Shown piece by piece: positions 22,917 through 33,000 of a DNA stretch of 64,000 nucleotides; within the stretch, counting starts at the first letter, position 1, and each line of letters begins with the position of its first letter. The notes beneath the pieces are model-generated. The model saw only the letters and a program-made list of their open reading frames with translations, did not search any database and was not told the DNA's origin. The stretch is from Nitrospiraceae bacterium (GTDB lineage Bacteria > Nitrospirota > Nitrospiria > Nitrospirales > Nitrospiraceae). The stretch spans positions 256,001-320,000 of the forward strand of contig JBFWWG010000003.1 in NCBI GenBank assembly GCA_050246315.1, in the 5' to 3' direction. Made by a program: the position numbers and the translations under genes.

Positions 22917-24182
22917 ATGAGGTTTTTCGCCAGTACGATATCGGTCCTGATCATGGTGCAGACCGCCGCGCTGTCCGCACCGATCGCACAGGGGCTTGCC
23001 GCGATGGAATCAACCCTGCCGATACCCCAACAGGTCCAGGCCTTTGACACGCCCAGCGACGGCGGCGGTCGTATCACGGTACTCTGGGCTCCCTCGCCTG
23101 GAGACGGCCCGGATCTGCACTACCAGGTGTTGCTCCAGGAGGGACCGCCGCCCGCAGACCCAGCCAAGATGAAGGTCATTGCGGAATTTCCCTCGAATAC
23201 CCACCATGTCAAAGATGCCAACCAGCCCTGGTGGACCAGCCGCGACGGAACCGGCTCTCATCTCTACCAGATCCGCAGCGGCAGAGGGGTCGAGATCAAG
23301 AACGGGATGCCCTATTCGATTGCGGTCGCATCGGTGCAGGGCGGGCAGCGAGCGTTTGCGCCGCCCGTACGGGCGATCGCATCGCCCAATTGGTTCAACT
23401 GGAATGCGTTGAATAATCTCGTCATCGCGCTCTCGTTCGGTCTGCTCGTCCTCTTTGCAATCCGGAGGGCGCACCGGAAACCGATCTTTCTCCGCTATAT
23501 CCCGGGCCTGGACGCCGTGGACGAGGCGATCGGGCGGGCCACCGAACTGGGAAAGCCGGTCATGTACCTGACCGGCGCGCATGACATGAGTGATCCGTCC
23601 ACGGTTGCGGCGGCTGTCATTCTTGGACGCGTGGCGACCCGCACCGCGGCCTACGAGACCGATCTCATGGTCCCCCATCGCAACCCGATCACGATGGCCG
23701 TCTGCCAGGAAATCACTCGACAGGCCTATTTTGAAGCTGGCAAGCCGGATCTCTTCCGCGAAGACGCCAACTTCTTCATCACTGCCGATCAGTTCAGCTA
23801 CACCGCCTCGGTGGACGGCATCATGCTTCGGACCAAGCCGGCCGCCAACTTCTTCATGGGTGCATATTTTGCCGAAGCCCTCCTGTTGACAGAAACCGGC
23901 GCCAGCACCGGTGCTATCCAGATTGCCGGCACCGATTCCGATCACCAGTTGCCGTTCTTTGTGACCACCTGCGACTACACTTTGATCGGCGAGGAACTCT
24001 ACGCCGCCAGCGCGTATCTTTCTCGGGAACCGGTACAGGTCGGCACGTTGCTGGGGCAGGATATCGGGAAACTCACGGTGCTGAGCTTGATTGCAATCGG
24101 CAGCATCGCCGCCACCCTCAAGCTGGGATTCGGCGTCGAATGGGCGCACCTCTTGCTCGATGCCCTGCGGGACGTGAAATGA
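22917..24182 (+). CDS. membrane protein with FN3-like N-domain and DUF6754-like domain
   Basis: Signal peptide; DTPSDGGGRITVLW; TM helix; IPGLDAVDEAIGRATELGKPV and YTLIGEELYAASAYLS motifs; C-terminal TM. Confidence 0.75.
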   Translation: MRFFASTISVLIMVQTAALSAPIAQGLAAMESTLPIPQQVQAFDTPSDGGGRITVLWAPSPGDGPDLHYQVLLQEGPPPADPAKMKVIAEFPSNTHHVKDANQPWWTSRDGTGSHLYQIRSGRGVEIKNGMPYSIAVASVQGGQRAFAPPVRAIASPNWFNWNALNNLVIALSFGLLVLFAIRRAHRKPIFLRYIPGLDAVDEAIGRATELGKPVMYLTGAHDMSDPSTVAAAVILGRVATRTAAYETDLMVPHRNPITMAVCQEITRQAYFEAGKPDLFREDANFFITADQFSYTASVDGIMLRTKPAANFFMGAYFAEALLLTETGASTGAIQIAGTDSDHQLPFFVTTCDYTLIGEELYAASAYLSREPVQVGTLLGQDIGKLTVLSLIAIGSIAATLKLGFGVEWAHLLLDALRDVK

Positions 24183-24829
24183 ATCTGCTCCGTCGCCAAC
24201 TGCCGCTCTTGGTCGCGATGATCACCGGCCTCCTCTTCGCCGGACAATATTACGTTCCCCATCCGGCCTCCGAGGAGATGCTCACCGCCGTCACAAAGTG
24301 GATGCAGATCATCGGCGGCTTTGCCTTGATCCTCGGCATCACCAGCCTGTTCACCGTCCATGCGACCAAGATCCGTCGCAAAGAGGCCGGCTGGGGGTAC
24401 AGCGTCATTCTCTACGCCGGGATACTGGGCACGGTGGCGATGGGGCTCTGGTCGGAAGGCAAGGAAGCGGTCGAGGGAGCGACGACGGCATTCGGATGGG
24501 TCTACAGCTACATGATGGTGCCGCTGCAGGGGACGATGTTCTCGTTGCTGGCCTTTTTCATCGCCTCGGCCGCCTACCGCTCCTTCCGAGCCCGCAGCCG
24601 CGAGGCGGCCGTGCTCCTGACCGCGGCCGTGATCGTCATGATGGGGCGGGTGCCCTTGGGCGAGTACCTGATTCCGATCAGCGGCGACCTCTCGCAATGG
24701 ATCTTGAACGTGCTGAACGCCTCGGTGCGTCGGGCCATTCTCATCGGTGTGAGCCTCGGGGCCGTTGCCCTGTCCTTCAAAATCATCTTCGGCATCGAGC
24801 GCTCATACCTGGGGGGTGGGAAGGAATGA
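24179..24829 (+). CDS. polytopic membrane protein
   Basis: ATGA coupling; about 6 hydrophobic segments; FFIASAAYRSFRAR, IFGIERSYLGG. Confidence 0.8.
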   Translation: MNLLRRQLPLLVAMITGLLFAGQYYVPHPASEEMLTAVTKWMQIIGGFALILGITSLFTVHATKIRRKEAGWGYSVILYAGILGTVAMGLWSEGKEAVEGATTAFGWVYSYMMVPLQGTMFSLLAFFIASAAYRSFRARSREAAVLLTAAVIVMMGRVPLGEYLIPISGDLSQWILNVLNASVRRAILIGVSLGAVALSFKIIFGIERSYLGGGKE

Positions 24830-24830
24830 C

Positions 24831-24900
24831 GTTCACGGTTCACCGTTGGTTGGCCCACGAAGAAGCCGACCAGTTCACGTTTCACGATTCACGAATCACG
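24831..24900. repeat. heptamer tandem repeats (NWTCACG) flanking a hairpin
   Basis: GTTCACG GTTCACC - TGGTTGGC/GCCGACCA stem - GTTCACG TTTCACG ATTCACG AATCACG. Confidence 0.8.
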
Positions 24901-24908
24901 GTCTCCTG

Positions 24909-25748
24909 ATGACATTCGCGGAACGAATGTTGGCCATCGATCGCCGGATCATTTTTGTCGTGATCGGCCTGTGCACCCTGCTGCCTCTCCTCTATCCGGT
25001 GGGGCTCCCGATCAGAATCTCCCCGGAGGTCAAGGGCATCTACGACTACATCGAAGCGATGCCGGAAGGCTCCGTGCTCCTCCTGTCGCTCGACTTCGAC
25101 CCGGCCTCGAAGCCGGAACTGTACCCGCAGGCGGTCTCCATTTTGCGTCATGCGTTCAAGAAAAACCTTCGTGTGGTGGCCATGACCCTCTGGGTGACCG
25201 GCACCGGCATGGCGGACCAGGTGGTCACACAGATCGCCAAGGAGGCAGGCAAGACGAACGGCCGGGACTACGTCTTCCTTGGCTGGAGTCCGGGTGGCAG
25301 CGCGGTCATCATCAATTTGGGACAAGATCTGTACACGACGTTCCCCACCGACTACGGCGGCCGCCCTACCGAGGGCCTGCCGGTGCTCGCCGGAGTCCGG
25401 AATCTCCGCGACATGGACTATGCCGTCTGTCTTGGTGCAGGCAATCCCGGAGTCGGCGAATGGTACGTGTTCGGCAAAGATAAGTATAAGTTCGAGCTGG
25501 GAGGAGGATCGACCGGCGTGATCGCGCCGGGCCTGTATCCCTTACTGAGGAGCGGTCAGATTAATGGGCTCATCGGTGGCCTCAGGGGAGCGGCGGAATA
25601 CGAGAGCCTGATCGGGCAGAAGGGGAGGGCCGTGGCCGGGATGGACGCGCAGTCGGCCACGCATCTTGCCATCATCGTGCTCGTGATCATCTGCAACCTG
25701 TTCTATTTTTCTCTGCAGCACAAGCGCAGGCAGAGCGATCTGCGCTGA
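24909..25748 (+). CDS. membrane-anchored alpha/beta-domain protein
   Basis: N- and C-terminal TM helices; DFDPASKPELYP, GQINGLIGGLRGAAEYE, MDAQS motifs. Confidence 0.8.
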   Translation: MTFAERMLAIDRRIIFVVIGLCTLLPLLYPVGLPIRISPEVKGIYDYIEAMPEGSVLLLSLDFDPASKPELYPQAVSILRHAFKKNLRVVAMTLWVTGTGMADQVVTQIAKEAGKTNGRDYVFLGWSPGGSAVIINLGQDLYTTFPTDYGGRPTEGLPVLAGVRNLRDMDYAVCLGAGNPGVGEWYVFGKDKYKFELGGGSTGVIAPGLYPLLRSGQINGLIGGLRGAAEYESLIGQKGRAVAGMDAQSATHLAIIVLVIICNLFYFSLQHKRRQSDLR

Positions 25749-25770
25749 TCCGTCGAAAGGAGCCTGACGC

Positions 25771-26520
25771 GTGTCGTTCGAGATGCTGTTCGGGGCCTGG
25801 GTCGCGACGGGGTTGACCCTGTTCATCATGACCTTCCTCTATCAGGATAACCCGTTGTTCAAGGCGGCTGAACATCTCTACGTCGGCGTCTCGGTGGGGT
25901 ACGAGATCGTCAAGGCGACGGATATTGTTCTGTTGCGCTTGATCATCAAGCCGATCGCGGAAAACGGCGAATGGTCGCTGTTGATCCCGGTCGGCATCGG
26001 CCTGCTGATGTTGACCCGTTACGTGCCGAAGGTCTCCTGGCTCTCTCGCTATGCCTTCGCCTTCATCGTCGGAGTGGGAGCGGGATTGGCGATCCCGCGC
26101 ACGATCTCCTCCTTCATCCTCAAGCAGATCGAGGATACCGTTCGTCCGCTGTTGACTCTCGACGCCGTGGACGGGATCAGCTTCTCTCTGAGCCTGTTGA
26201 ATCCAGCCAGCAATCTGAACGCCGTGATCATTTTGGTGGGCGTCGCCAGCGTCCTGTACTATTTTCTGTTCACCGTCGAACATGCGGGGCTGGGGCGCGC
26301 CGTAGCCCGCATAGGGATCCTATTTCTCATGATCTCCTTCGGCGCGGCCTTCGGCTACACGGTCATGGCTCGCATGTCGCTCTTGATCGGCCGGCTGACC
26401 GATCTGATCGAATTCGCTTCTCCCGCTTATCACTATGCCAGCCTCTGGCTTGCGGCCGCGACGATCGCCACACTCGCCCTGCGCGCGACCAGACGGAAGG
26501 ATGTTCCGCCTTCCCATTGA
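25771..26520 (+). CDS. polytopic membrane protein
   Basis: SD GAAGGAG; about 7 TM; FLYQDNPLFKAAEHLYVG, MISFGAAFGYTVMARMSLLIGR. Confidence 0.8.
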   Translation: MSFEMLFGAWVATGLTLFIMTFLYQDNPLFKAAEHLYVGVSVGYEIVKATDIVLLRLIIKPIAENGEWSLLIPVGIGLLMLTRYVPKVSWLSRYAFAFIVGVGAGLAIPRTISSFILKQIEDTVRPLLTLDAVDGISFSLSLLNPASNLNAVIILVGVASVLYYFLFTVEHAGLGRAVARIGILFLMISFGAAFGYTVMARMSLLIGRLTDLIEFASPAYHYASLWLAAATIATLALRATRRKDVPPSH

Positions 26521-26599
26521 GGTTCCGACTTGGTTGCGGGCCCGCGCACCCCTCGGGTAGAATGCATCCGCGGATACGTCAACAGCGAGGCTGTACGCG

Positions 26600-27850
26600 A
26601 TGGATACGTCCTCAACGACCAAACCGGACCGGGTTCAGAGCCATCCGGTGCTCCGGAACCTGCAATACTCGCCGATCAAGGAACAGGACGAACAGTACAT
26701 CGTCCTCTGGGATCCGTCCGGGGTCAGCATCGAGAGGCTCGTGCTCCCGCTGAACTACTTCTTCGTCGTCCAGCACTTTGACGGACAGCATTCGCTTGAC
26801 CAGATTGGGGCACTGTACCTGAATCGCTTCGGCGAGTTCCTGTTGCCGGAAAGGTTGCACCGGCTGGTGGTGGAGCTCGAAGCCAAGCTGTTTTTGGAGG
26901 GGCCCGCATCGGAAGCGGCCAAGGAAGCCCGCCGCAGAGCGTTCCGACAAGGTCCCGTCCGCCGCGCCGCTCATGCTGGAAAGAGCTATGAGGCGGAGGG
27001 ATTTAAACTGCGCCGGCAGATCGAAAGTTGGTATCAATCGAAGGAAGGCCCCGAGCAGAAACCTTCTCCCAACAAGGGGAAACGTATCAAGGGACTGGTG
27101 GCTCCGGCCTATGATCTGAAACAGGCCGGTCCGATTTACGCGTGGGCCTACAAGGAGCTCAATGAGGCGGAGAGCCCGGATGTCTTTGTGCTGCTGGCCC
27201 CCTGCCACGCCGGGATGGACTCCCTGTTCGCCTTCACGGACAAGGACTTCGAGACTCCGCTCGGAACGGTGCCCGTCAACAAACCAATGCTCGAACACTT
27301 ACAGCGGCACGGCGAGGAATTCTTCACCGACGACGCAGCCCATGAGCAGGAGCATGCGCTGGAATTTCAGCTTCCTCTCCTGCTGGACGCGGTCGGCAAG
27401 CAAAGGCCTTGCACGATCGTGCCGATCCTCTGCAGCTTTTCGGCCCAGGATCTGAAAGAGCCCACGGTCAGGACCGGCATCGACCGCATCGTGGACCTTC
27501 TCCGTCATGCCTCATCCGAGGCCGAGGTCGAGCCCTGCGTGATCGCCAGTGCCGACCTCGCCCACATCGGTATGCGGTACGGCGATGCGGCCCCGCCGAC
27601 GGACTTTTCATTCCACCGCTGCATGCAACAGGACCTGGCCATGTTGAAGTTCGTGGAGGATCTCAAACCGGAGGAGTTCGCGTCATTCATTCAGCAGGAA
27701 GGGGACAGTCGGCGCATCACCGGGTTCGCGCCCATCTACAGCCTGCTGCGAATGATCACGGCGGAGTCGGGACAGGTCCACCGCTACGACCGAGGGATTA
27801 CCGACCAATACAATAGCACGGTGACGTACGCCAGCATGGCCTTCTTCTGA
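26600..27850 (+). CDS. MEMO1-family (AmmeMemoRadiSam protein B) with N-terminal extension
   Basis: RRAAHAGKSY, DFETPLG, EHALEFQL, ASADLAHIG. Confidence 0.88.
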   Translation: MDTSSTTKPDRVQSHPVLRNLQYSPIKEQDEQYIVLWDPSGVSIERLVLPLNYFFVVQHFDGQHSLDQIGALYLNRFGEFLLPERLHRLVVELEAKLFLEGPASEAAKEARRRAFRQGPVRRAAHAGKSYEAEGFKLRRQIESWYQSKEGPEQKPSPNKGKRIKGLVAPAYDLKQAGPIYAWAYKELNEAESPDVFVLLAPCHAGMDSLFAFTDKDFETPLGTVPVNKPMLEHLQRHGEEFFTDDAAHEQEHALEFQLPLLLDAVGKQRPCTIVPILCSFSAQDLKEPTVRTGIDRIVDLLRHASSEAEVEPCVIASADLAHIGMRYGDAAPPTDFSFHRCMQQDLAMLKFVEDLKPEEFASFIQQEGDSRRITGFAPIYSLLRMITAESGQVHRYDRGITDQYNSTVTYASMAFF

Positions 27851-27858
27851 ATTGCCCA

Positions 27859-27938
27859 TCGTTATTCGTCATCCGTCAGCCGGCCGGAGCGGTGTTCTCA
27901 TTCCGCTCGATTGACCTATGACGAGTGACGAATGACGC
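27859..27938. repeat. inverted heptamer-repeat hairpin between convergent genes (possible bidirectional terminator)
   Basis: TCGTTAT TCGTCAT CCGTCAG ... GAGCGG/CCGCTC ... TTGACCT ATGACGA GTGACGA ATGACGC. Confidence 0.7.
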
Positions 27939-27945
27939 TTGCTCG

Positions 27946-28470
27946 CTACTCCTTTACCGTGATCGTCATCGAAATCGGTTCAAGCGGATTGTCGGCCTGA
28001 TCTCGCGCCAGCGCCACGATCTTGTCCACGACCTCCATCCCACGGAACACCTCGCCGAAGACGGTATAGGTCCGGTCCAACCCGCTGTTCTCGCCGACCG
28101 AAATGTAAAACTGCGATCCACTGTCGTTGAAATCACGCGTGCGGTTGTTTTCTCGAGGCATCTTGGCCATGGCGACGGCGCCCCGCTTGTGGGGGCGATC
28201 GTTCGGCTCGGGAGGCAGAAAATAGCCTGGGCCTCCCGTTCCATGCTTCGTACGATCCTGGCTCTTACTCAACGGATCGCCGCCTTGAATGATAAAACCC
28301 GGTACCACACGATGGAAAGTCGTTCCATTGTAGAAACCCATCTTAGCCAAATTGATGAAGTTCTCCACGTGTCGCGGGGCTTCATCCGGATAGAATCGGA
28401 TCTTGATCTCGCCGAACTTGGTTGTAATCGTCACGCGTGGATCTTTCTTCTCGAATCCAAGTGTCGCCAT
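27946..28470 (-). CDS. cyclophilin-type peptidyl-prolyl isomerase
   Basis: FYNGTTFHRVVPGFIIQGGDP, GSQFYI, YTVFGEV. Confidence 0.95.
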   Translation of the reverse strand: MATLGFEKKDPRVTITTKFGEIKIRFYPDEAPRHVENFINLAKMGFYNGTTFHRVVPGFIIQGGDPLSKSQDRTKHGTGGPGYFLPPEPNDRPHKRGAVAMAKMPRENNRTRDFNDSGSQFYISVGENSGLDRTYTVFGEVFRGMEVVDKIVALARDQADNPLEPISMTITVKE

Positions 28471-28522
28471 GGTCAGACTCTAGCGAAGTCGCAAGCCAAT
28501 CTGCAACCGGTTCTCCACAGGA

Positions 28523-29839
28523 TCATCCGGACAGTCCGTCTCCTGGTCTGATCCACCACCACAGCAGTCCTCCGAGGCAGGCGGCGCCGGCGGCGACGCC
28601 GAGCGCCACAGCCCAGCCGAACTGGTCCGCCAGCCAAGGGGTCAGGGTCGGGGAGAGGCTTCCACCCAGGTTCGCCCCCGTATTCATCAGGCCGGAGAGG
28701 GTTCCGGCGTAGGGCGGAGCCAGATGGACAGTGGAGGACCAGTAGGCTCCCACGGTGAAGTACAAGCAACCGGCCCCAAAGGAGAGCCAAAGCACGGCCG
28801 GAAGCGGATGGTCCACCCACGCGCCCAGCGCGATCGACGCACCGGATAGTCCCATTCCGCCCATGCCGGTCAAACACCGGGCCTTTGTGACGCCCAGAGG
28901 GAGGGTGAGCCGATCCGTGAGCCACCCACCGATCGGACAACCGACCAGCATCGCCAAGAACGGAGCCGTCGCAAACGCCGCGCCGCGTAACTCCCCGAAT
29001 CCACGAACGTTCACCAAATACAAATAAAACCAGCTCATGTAGACATAGGCCACATAGCCGAGACACGCATAACTGCCGACGAGCCACCAGACCGTCGGAG
29101 TCCGCAGGATCCGCCGCCAGGGTGTCGTGCCAGGTGACACGGTCGCCGGTCGGCCTTCGAGAATGACCCGGAGTTCCGCACTGTTGATCCCCGGATGATC
29201 ACGCGGATGGTCTCGCGCATACCAGTACCAGAACAGCGCGACCATGAGGCCGAGCCCGGCGGAGAGATAGAAGACGGTCTGCCACCGCCAATTCACCATA
29301 ATCCAAGCGCTGAGAGGCGGCGTGAGGGCGGCTCCGACGCCGATACCGCCGATCGCAACGCCGATCCCCAGCGCCTGCTCTTTCTGAGGCAACCAGTCGG
29401 CCACGGCACGGGTGAAATTCGGCAAGGCGGCCGATTCTCCGATGCCGAGGAGGAACCGTGCCGCCACCAACGAGAGCAGAACGCCGACACCCGAGGCGAT
29501 GCCGATCACGGGAGCGGTCGCCGTCAGAGCGGTCCAGACCGACCACCAGATGACCGCACCGGCCAGCACACGCCTCGCGCCCCAACGGTCTCCCAACCAT
29601 CCGCCGGGAACCTGACAGAGCGCATAGCCCACAACAAAGGCCGAGAACACGTACCCCATTTGCTGATCCGTCAACCCGAACGCAGGCATCATTTGCCTGG
29701 CGGTCACGGAGATGTTCACTCGATCCACGTAGGTGACCACGCTGATCGCGAAGAGCAAGGCGAGAAGGCGCCAGCGCACGTTCGTGGGGGACTCGGTAGG
29801 CGTTGACGGAGAAACCTCGGGGTTGACGGGACTCTTCAT
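28523..29839 (-). CDS. MFS transporter (anion:cation symporter-like)
   Basis: YVDRVNIS, GWLGDRWGAR, RFLLGIGES; about 12 TM. Confidence 0.92.
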   Translation of the reverse strand: MKSPVNPEVSPSTPTESPTNVRWRLLALLFAISVVTYVDRVNISVTARQMMPAFGLTDQQMGYVFSAFVVGYALCQVPGGWLGDRWGARRVLAGAVIWWSVWTALTATAPVIGIASGVGVLLSLVAARFLLGIGESAALPNFTRAVADWLPQKEQALGIGVAIGGIGVGAALTPPLSAWIMVNWRWQTVFYLSAGLGLMVALFWYWYARDHPRDHPGINSAELRVILEGRPATVSPGTTPWRRILRTPTVWWLVGSYACLGYVAYVYMSWFYLYLVNVRGFGELRGAAFATAPFLAMLVGCPIGGWLTDRLTLPLGVTKARCLTGMGGMGLSGASIALGAWVDHPLPAVLWLSFGAGCLYFTVGAYWSSTVHLAPPYAGTLSGLMNTGANLGGSLSPTLTPWLADQFGWAVALGVAAGAACLGGLLWWWIRPGDGLSG

Positions 29840-30019
29840 CGGGAATCAGGTTGAGGAGGCATTATAGTGGTCACGGCGGCGATGCTCCAGCGGAAGCTTT
29901 GAGATTCGACCAGGTCCCGCGAATGCGCGCCGCGATGGCAGCGAGAGAATTGGATTTCCCATCACCCTTTCAGTACTATGAGAAAAAGGGAGCCATACGT
30001 CCCACCTGAGCATTTGTCG

Positions 30020-33000
30020 ATGCGCCGTATTCTTCGATTCGTCGTTTTGTCGCTGGTGGCGGGTATGCTGCTCGCCATCGCGAGCCTCTTCCTGGTCCGT
30101 TCCACAACCGGACGCGACTACGTCAAAGAGTTCTTCGTCCACCAAATCGAACAGAATATCGGTCGCAGGTTGGAGGTGGGGATGGTCCGCATCGTGCTGT
30201 TCCCGGGCATCCATCTCGACCTGCGCGATGTGACCATCTATGAACCGGACGGCCGTCAGGTGTTCGTCACGGCCCAGCGAATTGACACGGTGCTTCGCCT
30301 GCTCCCGTTGCTCCGGCGCCAGGTCATCGGCAAACGTCTCGTCATTGAAAAGCCGGAGATCACGTTACGTCGCACGGCACCGAGTTCATGGAACATCGCG
30401 ACGATCGCTTCGGCTGCCGGCACCACCTCGACCGGTCACAAGCCCGGGGATTGGCTGATGTTCGTCAACGAAACCACGGTTCAACAGGGCACGCTGCGGC
30501 TGATCGATGAAGCCCGTCCGGATGGAACACGAACGATGCAGTTACAGGATGTCACCGCGTCGTTCATGGTCCGTCCGGAGTTACAACGGGCCGAAGTTGG
30601 ACTGACAGCCCGGCTACAGAGCGACCCTGGGGTCGCATCCCTGTCATTGACCGGCACTGTCGGCCAAACCTCGCCTTCCGTCGGATTCGGGTTGGACAAC
30701 CCACGTCAAACCGGCCCACTGTATCAATTCGATGGGCTCATGCAAGCCGACCACCTTCAGATTCGACAGATAGCCGACCTCTTGGGACCCAGGCCGATTC
30801 CGCAGGAACTGGCCGGTGCACTCAACGTCCAAGGTCGCCTCCGAGTTGTCCCTGGCGTGAGCGGTTATGACATGCTGTTTCATGAGGTCACGGCACGCTT
30901 GGACAAGCTCGCCCTGACCGGACGAGCCAGCCTCGCCGGAGTCCTGTCCCCCCAGCCGACGGTATCCATCACATTCAGCGCCTCTCCCGTCAAGCTTCAG
31001 GATCTCGTAACCTATGTGCCGCTGCGCTGGATCCATCCGGAGATCCAGGCCGTCCTGGCGGAACGCGAAGTCGACGGCACCGTGGAGGTCGCGAATGCCA
31101 CGGTGACCGGCTCACCCGATCCCAACCCGCAATTCGGCATCACGGGAGAGTTTCGCATCCGCGAAGGGAGAGCGCTCCTCGGAACAGACCGCGTGCTCAC
31201 GCAACATCTGACAGGCACCGTGTTCGTCGACGCCGGACGCATCCGCATTCCGGCCTTTTCCGGAGACTACGGAGCCCTGCACATCAGCCAGGGCAAGGCA
31301 TTGGTCTCATTTCTTGACGCGGGTCCTTGGCTGGAGTTGGATCTCACCGGGGACATGACAGCGGCGGATCTCGTCGGGTATCTGGCCACCTCGCTTCGCG
31401 CTCCCGGCGTTTCTCGGTTCCTGACCTCGATTCGAAATATCCAAGGCTCGGCGGTCCCGACGTTTCGTTTGGTCGGCGCCCTCAACCAGCCAGGCGGGAT
31501 CACCTTCGTCGGAGGGGAGGTGAGAGCTGACGACCTCAGCTTTGACACGCCGACAGTGCCGCAGCGCGTGCAACATGTGACCGGCCTCGTCCGATATTCG
31601 CAAAGCGGGACGGAATTCGATGCAGTCGCCGGACAAGTGGGCTCAACCACCTTCCGTGTCCATGGGACCGTGACAGCCGGAGCGACCGGCGCCTTTCAGG
31701 ATCTCTCGATCCAGACCAAAGGCGAGATAGCAGAGTTGGCACCGCTCATGCCTGGTCAGGTCGCGCAGATGACGACCAGACTCATGCAGGGCCCGGTGTC
31801 GCTGTCGATCATCCTGTCCGGTCCGGCCGAGAAGCCGCGCCTGCGCGCACAGGCTCACCTGGCAGATGCGCTGCTCCGCCTGCCCTGGATCGGTGAAAAG
31901 CCGTCCGGTATTCCTGCATCGGTGGAACTCGAAGGGGAACTCGCCCCCCGCGGTTTCACGATCACACAGCTCGACGCGGTGCTCCCTCCGACGCGGATCG
32001 GCGTCAAGGGGAAGCTGGTGTTCGGCCGTCGATTCAGCATCGATGTGTCGCTGGCGACCGGTACGGTTGCCCTCTCCGGGTTGCCGGAATGGTTGAACCG
32101 AGGCGGCCTCGAAGCGGGACAAGTGGAGGTCTCTCTCGATGTCAAAGGGGCTCAGCCTGACTGGTCCACATGGCGGACAACCGGCTGGATCGCGTTGACG
32201 AACGGCTTGATGCATCTGAAGGGTGTGGACGGTCCGATTCAAGATCTCTACGCCCGTATCAGACTGGTGCGGGATGGGGCGGAACTCAAGCAGTTAAGTT
32301 TTAAACTCATGGACAGCGACCTATCGCTCTCCGGCCTCGTGCGCAACTGGAACACCAAGCCGACCATGACGGCCAAGATCGAATCGTCGCACTTGGATCT
32401 CGATCTCATTATTCCCAAAGAAGGTCGTTCGCCGATTCGCGACCTGTTGGAATACCTGGCAGCGACAAGCCAGGTGACAGCCACCGCGTCGATTGAACGG
32501 GGTGTGTACAAACAATTTCGTGTCGGCGGGCTGTCGGGTCGCATCAACATCGATAACGGCATCCTCGACATCGATCGCGTCAACGCTCGCTCGGAGGGCG
32601 GACACCTCACGGGACGCTTGGTCGTTCACCTTCCCAAGGACGATCCGGCCGAAGCCGAAGCCTCGTTTCGGGTGGCCGGCGTCCCCTTTGAAGAAATTTC
32701 GCATCTGCTCGGGGTGCGCGACCATTTCATCACCGGAGAGATGCGGCTCACCGGCACACTCCGCGGCCATGGACGCAACCCACACGGCATGCTTCCGACT
32801 TTATCCGGAGACGCTGAGGTGCTCGTCACCGACGGACGGATCTTCAAATCACAGAAACGCGCCTTGTGGAAAATCCTGAGCATTCTCAATCTCCCCGCCG
32901 TGCTCCAGAATCAGATCGACCTTGAAAAGGACGGATTGCCGTTCGACAGGCTCACTACGTCCCTCGTCATACAGAACGGCCGCCTCGACAGCGATCGGTT

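Noticed and set aside
24831..24900. Heptamer repeats as a CRISPR array
   Set aside because: Units are 7 nt with no unique spacers, and there are no cas genes.
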